Part shown: in pieces, positions 9,940-19,695 of the stretch
How the letters are laid out: each line of letters starts with the position of its first letter
Numbering within the stretch: the stretch's first letter is position 1
From: Longimicrobiales bacterium
GTDB taxonomy: Bacteria > Gemmatimonadota > Gemmatimonadetes > Longimicrobiales > Gaopeijiaceae
Length of the DNA stretch: 64,000 nucleotides
NCBI GenBank assembly: GCA_965219445.1
Contig: CBDCNQ010000005.1
Coordinates: forward strand, 320,001 to 384,000
Reading direction: 5' to 3'
Translations under genes and position numbers: made by a program
Notes under the pieces: model-generated
What the model was told of the DNA's origin: nothing
Databases searched by the model: none
Seen by the model: the letters and a program-made list of their open reading frames with translations, nothing else

Positions 9940-10704
9940 TGCTTGTCCATCTGGAACCATGTCACCTTGGATGACCCCCGCCGTCGATACCCAACGCGGG
10001 CTGTTCATCTTCGGGATCGGCTCCAGCGCGCCTCAGCAGCCCGAGTTGGCCGGAACCGACGGGGAGTGGCCCGATCGACTCTACCACGGATCGACCGTGG
10101 CCCTCGAAGCCCGTACGGGTGAGCTCGTGTGGTGGGCGCAGCACCACACGGACATGTGGAACAACGATGCCGTATACGACAGGATTCTCGTCGATTCTCC
10201 GGTGACGCCCGATCCCCCCGACGCCCTCGGTGTGAACCCGGACATCACACCTGGGGAGACCCGGGAGCTCGTCGTGGGCTCCTTCTCGAAGGACGCCATC
10301 TTCTACGCCTATGACAGGAGCGATGGCACATTCCTGTATGCGAGGCCCACCGCCTACCAGAACGTCATCCAGGGTTATGACGGTAGGACCGGCGCTTTCA
10401 TCACGAATCCCGACGCGGTCATGATCGCCGACGAGGACCGTGAGACTACGATTTGTAGGGAGAATAGACAGATTCCCCAGGGAGCCTACAGCCCGCTGAG
10501 GCCCTGTGGGAGACGATCCTCAACGGGGTGAGCGACATGGCGCCCATCACCTACTCCGTAGACGGTCGGCAATACATCGCGGTGATCTCGCCCGGGGGTA
10601 CGGCCGGATCGGCCCGCCACGTTGGCCAGCTGCGCGCTCGGGTGCCGATCGGGCAGAGAAACGTAGGGCATGCGTTGTTCGTCTTCGCGTTGCCCGAGGA
10701 GTGA
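9940..10704 (+). pseudogene. PQQ-dependent dehydrogenase remnant (N-terminus missing, internal deletion or frameshift near 10500)
   Basis: PWMTPAVD, STVALEARTGELVWW, GAYSPL, then in another frame LWETILNGVSDMAPITYSVDGRQYIAV...LFVFALPEE*. Confidence 0.8.
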
Positions 10705-10733
10705 TTTGGGGCGGGCCGTCCATGGACGGCCTG

Positions 10734-12137
10734 TCAGCTATCCGTCAGCGCGGCTCGCATCTCGGCCCGTGAGGTGAACTTCACGCGAGGCCGCCCACCA
10801 GCCTCGCCTCGCGACTGCTCCAGCGCATCCAATCGGCTCCAGTCGTCATAGTTCACCAGGTGGGGTTGGCGCACCCGAACTAGTGCGTCGAGGGCCGATG
10901 GATCGGGATTCGCTGGATCGAGGACGCAGGACGACCCGGCGTCTTCCAGCATGGCGCCGGCGGTCTCCGTCCCGTCTTTTTTGTTCGTTCCGATCACTCC
11001 GGTCGGCCCGCGCTTGATCCAGCCGCTGACGTACATCCCCCGCATCGGTTGCCCGTTCTCTGGCTCGGTCACTCGGCCGCCCTCATTCGGGATCACTCCC
11101 CAACTCTCGTGGAATGGAAGACCCTCCATGGGGAGGCCCCGGTATCCGACCGATCGAAAGACCAGGTCCACGGGAAGCTCTTCGGTCTGCTCAGTGGCGC
11201 GAGGGCGCAGTTTCCCCCCGTCCGAGATGAGCTCGTTCTTCACGATTTTCATGGCCCGGAGCCTACCGTCGTCGCCGGCAATCAGCTCGGTGGGTGAGAC
11301 CAAGAACCGCAGGCTCAGCAAGCGCTCCTTACCCTCACGGGACCGCTGGGCGAAGTCTTCGAGAATCGCAAACTTCTTCTGCAGAGTGTCGTCATCCGTG
11401 TTCTCGAGTTCGGCCTGGCTGCGGGGATCGAGGCGCACGTCTTCCGGAGGGACGTGGATATCCGCTCCCTCGAGCTCGCCCAGTTCCCGCACTTCCGGAT
11501 TCGTGAAGGCGGCTTGGAGGGGCCCGCGCCGGCCGAGCATGGTCACCTCGCGCACTTTGCTCTGGCTCAACGCTTCGAGCGCGTGGTCGGCGATGTCGGT
11601 CTCCGCCAACTCATCGGGTGTGCGGCATAAGATCCGTGCGACGTCAACCGCGACGTTTCCGACGCCCACCACGGCGACACGCTCGGCGGAGAAATCGAAC
11701 TGATGGTCCCGGTAGTCCGGGTGGCCGTTGAACCACGCCACGAATTCGGTGGCGGTGTGGCTTCCGGTGAGATCCTCGCCGGGGATCCCCATCCGCCGAT
11801 CTGTCTCTGCGCCGGTGGCAAAGCAGATCTGGTGAAAGTGCTGGCTGAGGTCGGTCAGGCTGATGTCCTTTCCCACCTGCACATCGCCGAAGAACCGGAA
11901 CGTCTCTTGCTGGGCGATGCGGTCGAACACCCGCGTGACGTTCTTGATCTTCTGGTGATCCGGGGCGACACCAAAACGCACGAGGCCGAAAGGAGTCGGG
12001 AGACGATCGAACATGTCGACCTGGACGTGAACATCGCTCTGCTTGAGAAGGTGGTCGGCGGTATAAAACCCGGCCGGCCCCGACCCGATGATAGCCACCC
12101 TGAGCGGGTAGTCCACTGTCCCCAATTCCGACGTCAT
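10734..12137 (-). CDS. Ferredoxin--NADP+ reductase, adrenodoxin reductase/FprA-like
   Basis: VAIIGSGPAGFY, PTPFGLVRFGVAPDH, VVGVGNVAVD, GWIKRGPTGVIGTN; AAGGAG precedes the ATG at 12137. Confidence 0.93.
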   Translation of the reverse strand: MTSELGTVDYPLRVAIIGSGPAGFYTADHLLKQSDVHVQVDMFDRLPTPFGLVRFGVAPDHQKIKNVTRVFDRIAQQETFRFFGDVQVGKDISLTDLSQHFHQICFATGAETDRRMGIPGEDLTGSHTATEFVAWFNGHPDYRDHQFDFSAERVAVVGVGNVAVDVARILCRTPDELAETDIADHALEALSQSKVREVTMLGRRGPLQAAFTNPEVRELGELEGADIHVPPEDVRLDPRSQAELENTDDDTLQKKFAILEDFAQRSREGKERLLSLRFLVSPTELIAGDDGRLRAMKIVKNELISDGGKLRPRATEQTEELPVDLVFRSVGYRGLPMEGLPFHESWGVIPNEGGRVTEPENGQPMRGMYVSGWIKRGPTGVIGTNKKDGTETAGAMLEDAGSSCVLDPANPDPSALDALVRVRQPHLVNYDDWSRLDALEQSRGEAGGRPRVKFTSRAEMRAALTDS

Positions 12138-12286
12138 GAACGCTCCTTGCCAGTCGACCAAACGGCCCGAATGATAGCCACTTTGGCGCCTCACCGGCAC
12201 CCGAATACCGGGTGCTCGCCATGCTGTGTCGTCGTGGAGGAGCTGGTCCGGGTCTACCGCTAGGTTGTGGGTGCCCCTAGAGCCGC

Positions 12287-12355
12287 ACGCGGCCCTAGAA
12301 GGCCGCTACTCCATCGAGCGAGAGCCCGGCGAAAGCGGAATGGCGACGGTCTACC
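12287..12355 (+). repeat. Kinase 5' stub (AALEGRYSIEREPGESGMATVY)
   Basis: Degenerate copy of roughly codons 9-31 of the kinase family, lying between two unrelated minus-strand genes. Confidence 0.85.
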
Positions 12356-12373
12356 GTCGAGAGGTCCGTCCGA

Positions 12374-13042
12374 TCAACGCTGCGCTGGCCACCCCGTGTC
12401 GAGCGGCAGTGCCGGGTCCGGGGTAATCTGCAGATGCGCGCATTTGTGATACGAGTATCCACCCGGATTGTTGAACGCGTGCTCGTCCATATGCTGCACG
12501 ACTTGCAGGATGCACTTCTCGCAGCTGATGTTCGGCAGTCTTATGTCCGCCTCCCAGGGATCCAACCGACCCTGCGGCCGCGTGGGTTGGCCCTCAGAAT
12601 CAAAACTCGAATGGACGAACAGGCCATCGGCGAGCACGGGAATCTGCGGCGGATCCTGAATTTCAGCCGACACGGACCAAGGCCCCCTTTCGCTATCTCT
12701 CGTCGTAGTTACCGGGTCAAGCGGCAACTCGGCGGGCGAGTTCACCGCCAACGCTACCCGGTAATGGCCCGGGTGGTACACGGTTTCCTGAATCTTTAGA
12801 TGCAGATTCTGGCCCCCTACGACTTGGGTGATGGCCCAGCTCGGCGTGCCCCAATCGGTATTGGTACCCCCGCAGGGGCCTGCTTTCTGCGGGTCCCCGC
12901 GGTCGTTTGTGACGAGCGAAGGGGCGGGCTCCAAAAGCTTGAAGTGGGTGGAGGTGCTGGGAAGCTTGTAGTGGGCGGAGGCACTCGGCGCGGCGATCGC
13001 CAGCCCGACAACCAGGAGTGGAAATCGAATAGAGTTTCTCAT
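12374..13042 (-). CDS. Secreted SCE4755-like/lytic polysaccharide monooxygenase-like protein
   Basis: Signal peptide then H-x-KL, QKAGPCGG, ETVYHPGHYRVAL, LPNISCEKCILQVVQ, YHKCA. Confidence 0.75.
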   Translation of the reverse strand: MRNSIRFPLLVVGLAIAAPSASAHYKLPSTSTHFKLLEPAPSLVTNDRGDPQKAGPCGGTNTDWGTPSWAITQVVGGQNLHLKIQETVYHPGHYRVALAVNSPAELPLDPVTTTRDSERGPWSVSAEIQDPPQIPVLADGLFVHSSFDSEGQPTRPQGRLDPWEADIRLPNISCEKCILQVVQHMDEHAFNNPGGYSYHKCAHLQITPDPALPLDTGWPAQR

Positions 13043-13193
13043 CGAAACACTTCCTTTGAAGGTGAAATGGTGCGGTGCAAGGGCTCGCGTGATACTATCG
13101 CTGCGACGGCAGTGGTTCAAGAGCCGCCAACGGAGAAGGAACAGCGCGCCTAACGCGGCGAAATCAATAAGAATAATGAGCTTATGAGATATC

Positions 13194-15584
13194 ATGATTG
13201 ATCACGACCTCGAAATTGCCCCTTATGGGAGTGGCCCTTGGGAAGGGAGGCTTAGCTGGCTCTCATGCTTGTCGGTCATTGCTGTGATCTGTGCCGTGGC
13301 GGCCGAGCCCGTTTCTGCGCAAAGCGAGGCGGCTGGAGCGCCGAGGCCGACCGTTGGCGGGGCTGTGCGGATGTCGGCGGGCCGCATTTCGGAGGGTCCG
13401 AGTGCAGAGAACTGGCGGGATCCGTTGGTCTGGGGGGAAGCTGAGGTCATCAGCAACTTCATCCAGAACGAGCCGATCGAAGGGTCACCCGCCTCGGAGC
13501 GGACCGAAGTGAGGGTCGCTTTCGACGAGGAAGCGATCTACGTCGGGGCGTGGCTCTACGACTCGGAGCCGAGTCAGATCATCCTTGGGGAGCAGCGTCG
13601 GGACGCGAGTCTCACTCGCTTCGACGCGTTCCTCCTCGTTTTAGACACGTATAACGACCGCGAGAACGGTTTCGTTTTCGCAACGAATCCGGGAGGGATC
13701 GAGCACGACGGACAGGTGATCGACGAAGGTCGGCAAACCGGAAGGGGTAGCGGCGGCGCTCGCGGGAACAGAGGACGCCAGCAGGGCGGCGCTCAGGGGG
13801 GTTTCAACGTCAACTGGGATGGCAGCTGGACGGTATCGACGGACCGCGACGAGCGGGGTTGGTACGCCTTTTTCCGAATACCATTCTCCACCCTTCGGTA
13901 CGGGGCGGGAACGGAGCAGGAGTGGGGAGTCAACTTCGGCCGATATATCGGCCGAAAGAACGAGCAGGTGTACTGGGCTCCACTCGCTCGTCAGGACAAC
14001 CTCTACCGGGTGTCGTACGCGGGGGTGCTGGAGGGGCTAAGCGTGCCTGCCCAGCGGTTGATCACCATGACCCCCTATGCCCTCAGCTCAGCGCAGAAAG
14101 TCCCGGCCACCGGCCCGGCGGTCGACTATCCATTCGAGGTGGGCGCCGACGCGAAGGTTGGAATTACTCCAGCCCTTTCGCTCGATCTGACGGTGAACAC
14201 CGACTTCGCACAGGTCGAGGTGGACAACGAGCAGGTGGATCTGACCCGATTCAGCCTGTTCTTCCCGGAGAAACGTCCCTTCTTCCTCGAGAATGCCGGA
14301 CGATTCGCGGTTGGCAATAACCAGTCGGCTCAGATGTTTTTCAGTCGAAGGATCGGGATCGGAGAGGGTGGGGCGCCCGTCCCGATCGAGTGGGGGAGCC
14401 GCTTGAGCGGGCGGGTGGCGGGCCTCGACGTGGGGCTGATTCACATGCGCACAGAGGCAGTCGAGGGCGGGACGCCGGGGAATGGCTACTCGGTAGCTCG
14501 TCTGGCCCGTGAGCTTCCGAACCGCTCCGGAGTAGGCGTGATGTTCACTGAGCGCTCCTCTATCGGCGTCGGGAACGACCATGGACGTACCTTCGCGGCA
14601 GATACCAACATCGGCATCGGCGAATTCTTCAACTTCACTGGTGTGGTGGGAGCGACGACGTCGAGCGTTCCGGGTGAGGCAACCCCGACCGACGGTCGTG
14701 AAGCGATTATCCTCACGGCCAACTACCGGGACTCGGACTGGCAGTTCAGAAGCTCCTACGATCGGATCGGTGCGAACTTCAATCCCGAGGTCGGTTTCCT
14801 CCGCCGCTCGGACTTCCAACAGGTGTCGGGGACGATTTGGCGCGACATCCGGGTGCCCTCATCGGACTGGATTCGGCAGTTTAGTCCCCACACGAGCTAC
14901 ACCGTTGCGTACGGAATAGAAAGTGGAGTCAAGGAGACCGCCACATGGCACATGCATACGATGATGAACCTCGAGAACGGCGGCCAGTTTAGTTTCGCGG
15001 GCGACTGGATCTTCGATGGACTCACCGAGCCACTGAATCTTACAACGGGCGTCGATGACGCGGGCGACCAAACCTTCGTTGAAGTGCCAACTGGGGAGTA
15101 CTCCGGTTGGCTGTTCAATCCCACGGTCAACACGAGCAGTCAGGTGCCCGTCGTGTGGCGTACGAATCTCCTGCTCGGACAGTTCTTCTCTGGGACTCGC
15201 AAAGGCGGGAGCACGTCGCTGTCGTTTCAGTTCGGGGGTGCGCTGACCGGAGCGATCGCTCTGGAGTACAACAGGATCGAACTTCCGGGGCCGGGAGGGA
15301 AATTCGATGCCACCTTGCTCAGCAACCGGATTGGCTACTCGTTCAGCCCCACCCTCTACGTTCAGTCCCTCGTCCAATACAATACGCAGACGGCGGTTTG
15401 GTCGGGAAACCTCCGGTTCGGCTGGGTTGATACGGCGGGGACGGGTCTATTCATCGTCTTCAATGAGCGGCAGAGTGAGAGGCTTGCGGGCCTCACCAGT
15501 AGCCTACTCGAGCGGACAGTCTCGATAAAGTTCAGTCGACAGCTGAATTTGGCTCGAATCGGGCGCGATTTGTTCGGCTCGTAG
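13194..15584 (+). CDS. DUF5916/CBM9-like sugar-binding outer-membrane protein (start uncertain)
   Basis: RTEVRVAFDEEAIYVG, LDTYNDRENGFVFATNPGG, LDLTVNTDFAQVEVD, LFFPEKRPFFLEN. Confidence 0.85.
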   Translation: MIDHDLEIAPYGSGPWEGRLSWLSCLSVIAVICAVAAEPVSAQSEAAGAPRPTVGGAVRMSAGRISEGPSAENWRDPLVWGEAEVISNFIQNEPIEGSPASERTEVRVAFDEEAIYVGAWLYDSEPSQIILGEQRRDASLTRFDAFLLVLDTYNDRENGFVFATNPGGIEHDGQVIDEGRQTGRGSGGARGNRGRQQGGAQGGFNVNWDGSWTVSTDRDERGWYAFFRIPFSTLRYGAGTEQEWGVNFGRYIGRKNEQVYWAPLARQDNLYRVSYAGVLEGLSVPAQRLITMTPYALSSAQKVPATGPAVDYPFEVGADAKVGITPALSLDLTVNTDFAQVEVDNEQVDLTRFSLFFPEKRPFFLENAGRFAVGNNQSAQMFFSRRIGIGEGGAPVPIEWGSRLSGRVAGLDVGLIHMRTEAVEGGTPGNGYSVARLARELPNRSGVGVMFTERSSIGVGNDHGRTFAADTNIGIGEFFNFTGVVGATTSSVPGEATPTDGREAIILTANYRDSDWQFRSSYDRIGANFNPEVGFLRRSDFQQVSGTIWRDIRVPSSDWIRQFSPHTSYTVAYGIESGVKETATWHMHTMMNLENGGQFSFAGDWIFDGLTEPLNLTTGVDDAGDQTFVEVPTGEYSGWLFNPTVNTSSQVPVVWRTNLLLGQFFSGTRKGGSTSLSFQFGGALTGAIALEYNRIELPGPGGKFDATLLSNRIGYSFSPTLYVQSLVQYNTQTAVWSGNLRFGWVDTAGTGLFIVFNERQSERLAGLTSSLLERTVSIKFSRQLNLARIGRDLFGS

Positions 15585-15614
15585 TCAGCAGGTTCAGACT
15601 CTTGGCTGCATCTC

Positions 15615-16367
15615 CTACGGCTGCGGTTGTATGAAGACGCGGGCGAGACTTTGCGGGTCGGGTTGGAGTTCGTCATCTCCCGCCGGTATCCTGCCGACAT
15701 TGAGCATGTAGGCGATGACATCGACATACTCCTGGTCAGTCAGAGAGTTCGGATTGTCTTCAGGCATCGTCGCCCGCGTGTATTCGAACAGGGTGGCGAG
15801 CGATCTTCCCTCCCAGACGCGCACGAACCGCGCCCGCGCCAGAGGGGGCGTTGACCGCATATCCGGATCGTCCGGAGCGCCATTCAATCTGCGGCCATGA
15901 CACGCACCACAGGCACCCGGGTACACCGCCTGGCCCCGTTCCGCCTGTGCCTCAGTGAATACGCCATCCCAGACCGATGCCATTTGGCCGGTTTCCTCGA
16001 GGCCCTCTAGCACCGCTGCTACTTCTTCGGTGCTCACACTGCTAAAGTCGTTGGCCCACGCGTTGCGAATGTAATTTGCCAAAGAGGAGATTTCCTCCGC
16101 GCCCAGATCAGGGAATGGAGGCATGCGGCTCGTGCCCTGATGGATAGTGCTGACAATCCGGACGGGGTCCCCGAGTTGATCATTGCCGCTCAAGGCTGGG
16201 AACGTCGGCGGATCCCCGACGCCTGAGTCCTGATGGCAAAGCGCGCAGTTCTCCTGGTAGAGTTGCTGCCCTTGCTCGAATAGGACCGTGTCGATCCCTT
16301 GTTGTGCAACGGCAACCGGGGCGATGACGAACACCAGACCCAGAACACCAACCACGAGCTTCAACAT
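15615..16367 (-). CDS. Periplasmic di-haem cytochrome c
   Basis: Signal peptide; CALCH and CGACH; distal MP motifs; VWDGVFTEAQAERG. Confidence 0.9.
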   Translation of the reverse strand: MLKLVVGVLGLVFVIAPVAVAQQGIDTVLFEQGQQLYQENCALCHQDSGVGDPPTFPALSGNDQLGDPVRIVSTIHQGTSRMPPFPDLGAEEISSLANYIRNAWANDFSSVSTEEVAAVLEGLEETGQMASVWDGVFTEAQAERGQAVYPGACGACHGRRLNGAPDDPDMRSTPPLARARFVRVWEGRSLATLFEYTRATMPEDNPNSLTDQEYVDVIAYMLNVGRIPAGDDELQPDPQSLARVFIQPQP

Positions 16368-16403
16368 CAGAGGTACTCTCCCATTTCGTGGCGGGGTCTG
16401 GAA

Positions 16404-17339
16404 TCAGGACCAGATATCGGCATCGGAGAGTTCCACGTCCAAAGCAAGTTCCGCCCTTATCGTAACGTCCGTCTTCATTTCGCCGTCGCTGCGGAAGGGG
16501 AAATAGTTCTTTCCAGAAACAAAGAGTCTGTACTCGCCTTCCGGAAGCCTCACCTCCGCCACGCCGCGCTCGTCTGTGAAGGCTTTGTAGGGGTGAACGA
16601 CGACCTTGGCACCTTTGACGGGGGTTTGACTTTCCATGTCTATGGCGACGACGGTCAAGAGACACTCGGGTGTGGGAACGACTCTCACGCCAAAAGGGGC
16701 GATACATTCGGCGTGAGGGATATCCGGATCGTCCACCAGACCGTGCACCCGAGCCTTGACTTCCCATGTATGAAGCCCCTCCGTGTCAGGGGCGCTCAAG
16801 TCCATCTCCGTATAGTAAAGCGCGGCGGTGCCGGGCCATGGCTCGCCGCTGAGTGTGGCCGTCGCCCGCTTTTTCCCATCCTGGTCGCGGACCTCAACCG
16901 TCCAACCGTCGGGTCGGCACTCGGAGGAGCACTTGACCCCTAGCTTGACGCTGAACTTCTCGCCGCATTCGATGGTCGCCGGCGCGTCCCATACGACGAC
17001 ACGTGTGCTGTGCGGTTTGACGGTGAATGAAAACCGCGCCGACGTTTCCTCACGCGAAATGCCTTCCGTCGCGTACGCCGGGCACACGGCCAGCCAAGTG
17101 TAGGCCCCTGGCCTGACCGGCGCCTTCACCACGAACTCACTCGTCTCGTTGGTCTCACCGTCGAATTCGGTAAGCTCAACGCTCCTTGCCAAAGCGCCGT
17201 CCTGGTCCATGATCAGGAGGGTCTCTCCCCGCAGGTCTCTGGCCGGGGAGCACGCAACCTTGCCCTTCAGAGTCATGTCGGCGCCGGCATCGACCTCACT
17301 GGGCGACGCCTCTACGCTCGGACCCCCACCGGAAATCAA
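16404..17339 (-). CDS. Hypothetical beta-rich protein with C-terminal carboxypeptidase-regulatory-like domain
   Basis: Long ORF between the flavoprotein and cytochrome genes; PVKGAKVVV...TDERGVAEVRLPEGEYRLFVS; start uncertain. Confidence 0.65.
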   Translation of the reverse strand: MISGGGPSVEASPSEVDAGADMTLKGKVACSPARDLRGETLLIMDQDGALARSVELTEFDGETNETSEFVVKAPVRPGAYTWLAVCPAYATEGISREETSARFSFTVKPHSTRVVVWDAPATIECGEKFSVKLGVKCSSECRPDGWTVEVRDQDGKKRATATLSGEPWPGTAALYYTEMDLSAPDTEGLHTWEVKARVHGLVDDPDIPHAECIAPFGVRVVPTPECLLTVVAIDMESQTPVKGAKVVVHPYKAFTDERGVAEVRLPEGEYRLFVSGKNYFPFRSDGEMKTDVTIRAELALDVELSDADIWS

Positions 17340-17347
17340 CGTGACGA

Positions 17348-19432
17348 CTAGCTGGACGGCTCTTCCACGGCATGCGTGCCGGCGATGTAGCCATGGACGT
17401 GACCCTTGCCCAGGCCATGCTTGTTGAACCCCCCCACGGCCTCGCCTCCTGCATACAGACCGGGAATGACCTGGCCCTGCATGTCCACGACCTGCTGCCG
17501 TCCGTTGACCCGCAGGCCGCCATAGGAATCGTGCCAGATCACCATGATCGAGAGCGCATAGAAGGGCGGCGTCGCGATGCGATTCATGGGGGCATCCGCG
17601 TCGCGCTCGAATTCGGGATCGGCGCCGGCGTCCACGTAGCTGTTCCAGGTGGCCACCGTCTCGGCCAGGTACCTCAGTGGCACCCGCTGGAACTCATGGC
17701 CCGCCTCAATCTTCTCGGCCAAGTCCTCGATGGTATCGGCTTTGAAGAAGTAGCCGTTGTCGGACACATACGGGTAGCGTAGTTCCCATCCCGTACGCTC
17801 GACCGCATCCTGATCGAAGACCGCCCAAAGCGGCCCTGAGTAGTAGTCCGGAGGCTGCGACCCCTCGTTCAGTGCCAGAGCGGCATCGAGGCCGTGGTCA
17901 TAGTTGTACATCTCCCGGACCCACTCCTTCTGGCAATTGCGCCAGTCGAGCGGCGTGTGCGCAAGCCCCTGGCCCGGGGCTGCACCGTCGCCCGGGTACC
18001 GGCTTAAACCAGGCCTGGCGGGAAGACGGACCTCGCTGAAGAAACGCTTCCCAACTTGGTTCACGGCGATGAACTCTTCGAAGCCGGCGTTGCCGACATT
18101 GATCCCAGCCGAGGCGCGGAAACCGAAAGTCGGGTGACCGGGCATCATGGTTGTATACGCATCCCGGGTGCCCAGGCGCGTCGAAATGTGGAACGTCGTT
18201 TGATACGAGACGTTCTGTTGCATCCCTGCCAGGTTGGCGCCAACCCTCAATCCAGCAGTGAGCGCGGTGGCGTCCTGACCATGGGGGCCTTGCAGGGCAA
18301 GGCCGCTTGTCGGGAAGGCCGGTTCCCGCAAGGCGGGGTAGAACATGCTGCGGACCTCAGGATTGCCCGCGTGACCGCCGCTGGCGAGGATGACGGCCTG
18401 GCGGGCCCTGATATTCACCGTCTCCTGCCGCTCATCGATATTGCCGTTCTGCCAATAGCTCTGCAGAAGCTGGCCGGTCTCAGGGTGCTGCCGCGGCGAA
18501 TAGTGGGCCCTGATCCCCAGAACTTTGCCCGTGAAAGGTTGCTCACGTACGAGCTCGTCAAAACGGCGATGAAGCATGAACTCGACGCCCTTCTCCCGGG
18601 CCGAGAACTCCAGCGGCCGGGCGAGGGCTACACCGTTGCCTACGGCGTTGGGTCCGACAGAGCGGCTCGCATCAGTCATTTGCACCGGCGCGAATGAACT
18701 CGTGCGCTCAGGATCGGCGACGCCCGCATCCTCCGCTGTGATAGTTCCCGCCTTCATGTCCGTCTTATTGCCCAGCATGAGGAAGCAGCGCGCCGCCCTT
18801 GCGCGCGACAGGCCTCCGCCGCCATGCGTGCCGCCGACCCGCGCGAACCGGACATAGTTGTCGATCAGGAATTGCCGGGTGGCCGGACAGTTCTCGGCCC
18901 AAGCACGCGCCGGCTCCCGCTCGTTATACCTGTACGGGCTCTGAGCCTTGGGGTCGACGACCGACCAGTCCGTGAGGTCCGTGAACAGGAGGTCGACACT
19001 GTCATCGAGTTCTTCCGGGTCCTCGGCCGGAGCTACCGTGATGAGCCCCTCATGGTCGCTCTCGCCCTTCATATCTCTGAGCTGTACTGGGTCGCCACCG
19101 CCGAGCGACACCAACGACCCGCTGTGCAGCATCCTGCCGCCAAGGTCGAAATTCTGATCGACCACCAGCACACTGGCCCCGAGATCCCTCGCTCGAATGG
19201 CTGCCGTCAGGCCTGCGCACCCGCCTCCCGCGATAACGACATCTGCTTCATAGTCCCACACGGTGTCTTGGGCGCCAGTCGCTGGGACTTGCGCCTGCGC
19301 TTTGTCTGACTCCAACAGAGCGCCCGCACCCAGCCCGGTGGCAACTCCCGTCTTAACGAAATCCCGCCTGTTTAGACCCCTCTCGTTGTTAAGCTTTGGG
19401 TCGTTCCCCGGATTGTCGTCTTTCGTTGCCAT
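17348..19432 (-). CDS. Tat-exported FAD-dependent oxidoreductase (FAD_binding_2; flavocytochrome c/ketosteroid dehydrogenase-like)
   Basis: NRRDFVK Tat motif, DVVIAGGGCAGL, VILASGG, SYGGLRVN...IPGLYAGGE. Confidence 0.9.
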   Translation of the reverse strand: MATKDDNPGNDPKLNNERGLNRRDFVKTGVATGLGAGALLESDKAQAQVPATGAQDTVWDYEADVVIAGGGCAGLTAAIRARDLGASVLVVDQNFDLGGRMLHSGSLVSLGGGDPVQLRDMKGESDHEGLITVAPAEDPEELDDSVDLLFTDLTDWSVVDPKAQSPYRYNEREPARAWAENCPATRQFLIDNYVRFARVGGTHGGGGLSRARAARCFLMLGNKTDMKAGTITAEDAGVADPERTSSFAPVQMTDASRSVGPNAVGNGVALARPLEFSAREKGVEFMLHRRFDELVREQPFTGKVLGIRAHYSPRQHPETGQLLQSYWQNGNIDERQETVNIRARQAVILASGGHAGNPEVRSMFYPALREPAFPTSGLALQGPHGQDATALTAGLRVGANLAGMQQNVSYQTTFHISTRLGTRDAYTTMMPGHPTFGFRASAGINVGNAGFEEFIAVNQVGKRFFSEVRLPARPGLSRYPGDGAAPGQGLAHTPLDWRNCQKEWVREMYNYDHGLDAALALNEGSQPPDYYSGPLWAVFDQDAVERTGWELRYPYVSDNGYFFKADTIEDLAEKIEAGHEFQRVPLRYLAETVATWNSYVDAGADPEFERDADAPMNRIATPPFYALSIMVIWHDSYGGLRVNGRQQVVDMQGQVIPGLYAGGEAVGGFNKHGLGKGHVHGYIAGTHAVEEPSS

Positions 19433-19695
19433 GTCTAGTCCTCCCCCAATGGCTGCCACAGGTAACCGTGCTCGCTGGTCGGTGGCCAAGAGCCACCTGG
19501 CGCTTGGCCACGGTAGCAGGGAAGGCAGTACTCCTGCAAGCGGTCCGCAGCGGCAGCCTCGCTATCGAGGGCACTGCCGACGCTCGGTTCGAACTGGCGA
19601 CCTCCTGAACACTCGCGAACCCTCGACACCGGGACTATGATTGCGAGAGCATCACTCATGCCGTGATTGATCTACTGGACAAGGGAGACAGTGCA

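Noticed and set aside
12228..12263. VVVEELVRVYR* as a degenerate kinase C-terminal tail before the 12287 stub
   Set aside because: It lacks the NxF core and could be any gene end
19521..19542. GAAGGCAGTACTCC as a kinase stub
   Set aside because: Weak gapped match, expected by chance in GC-rich DNA
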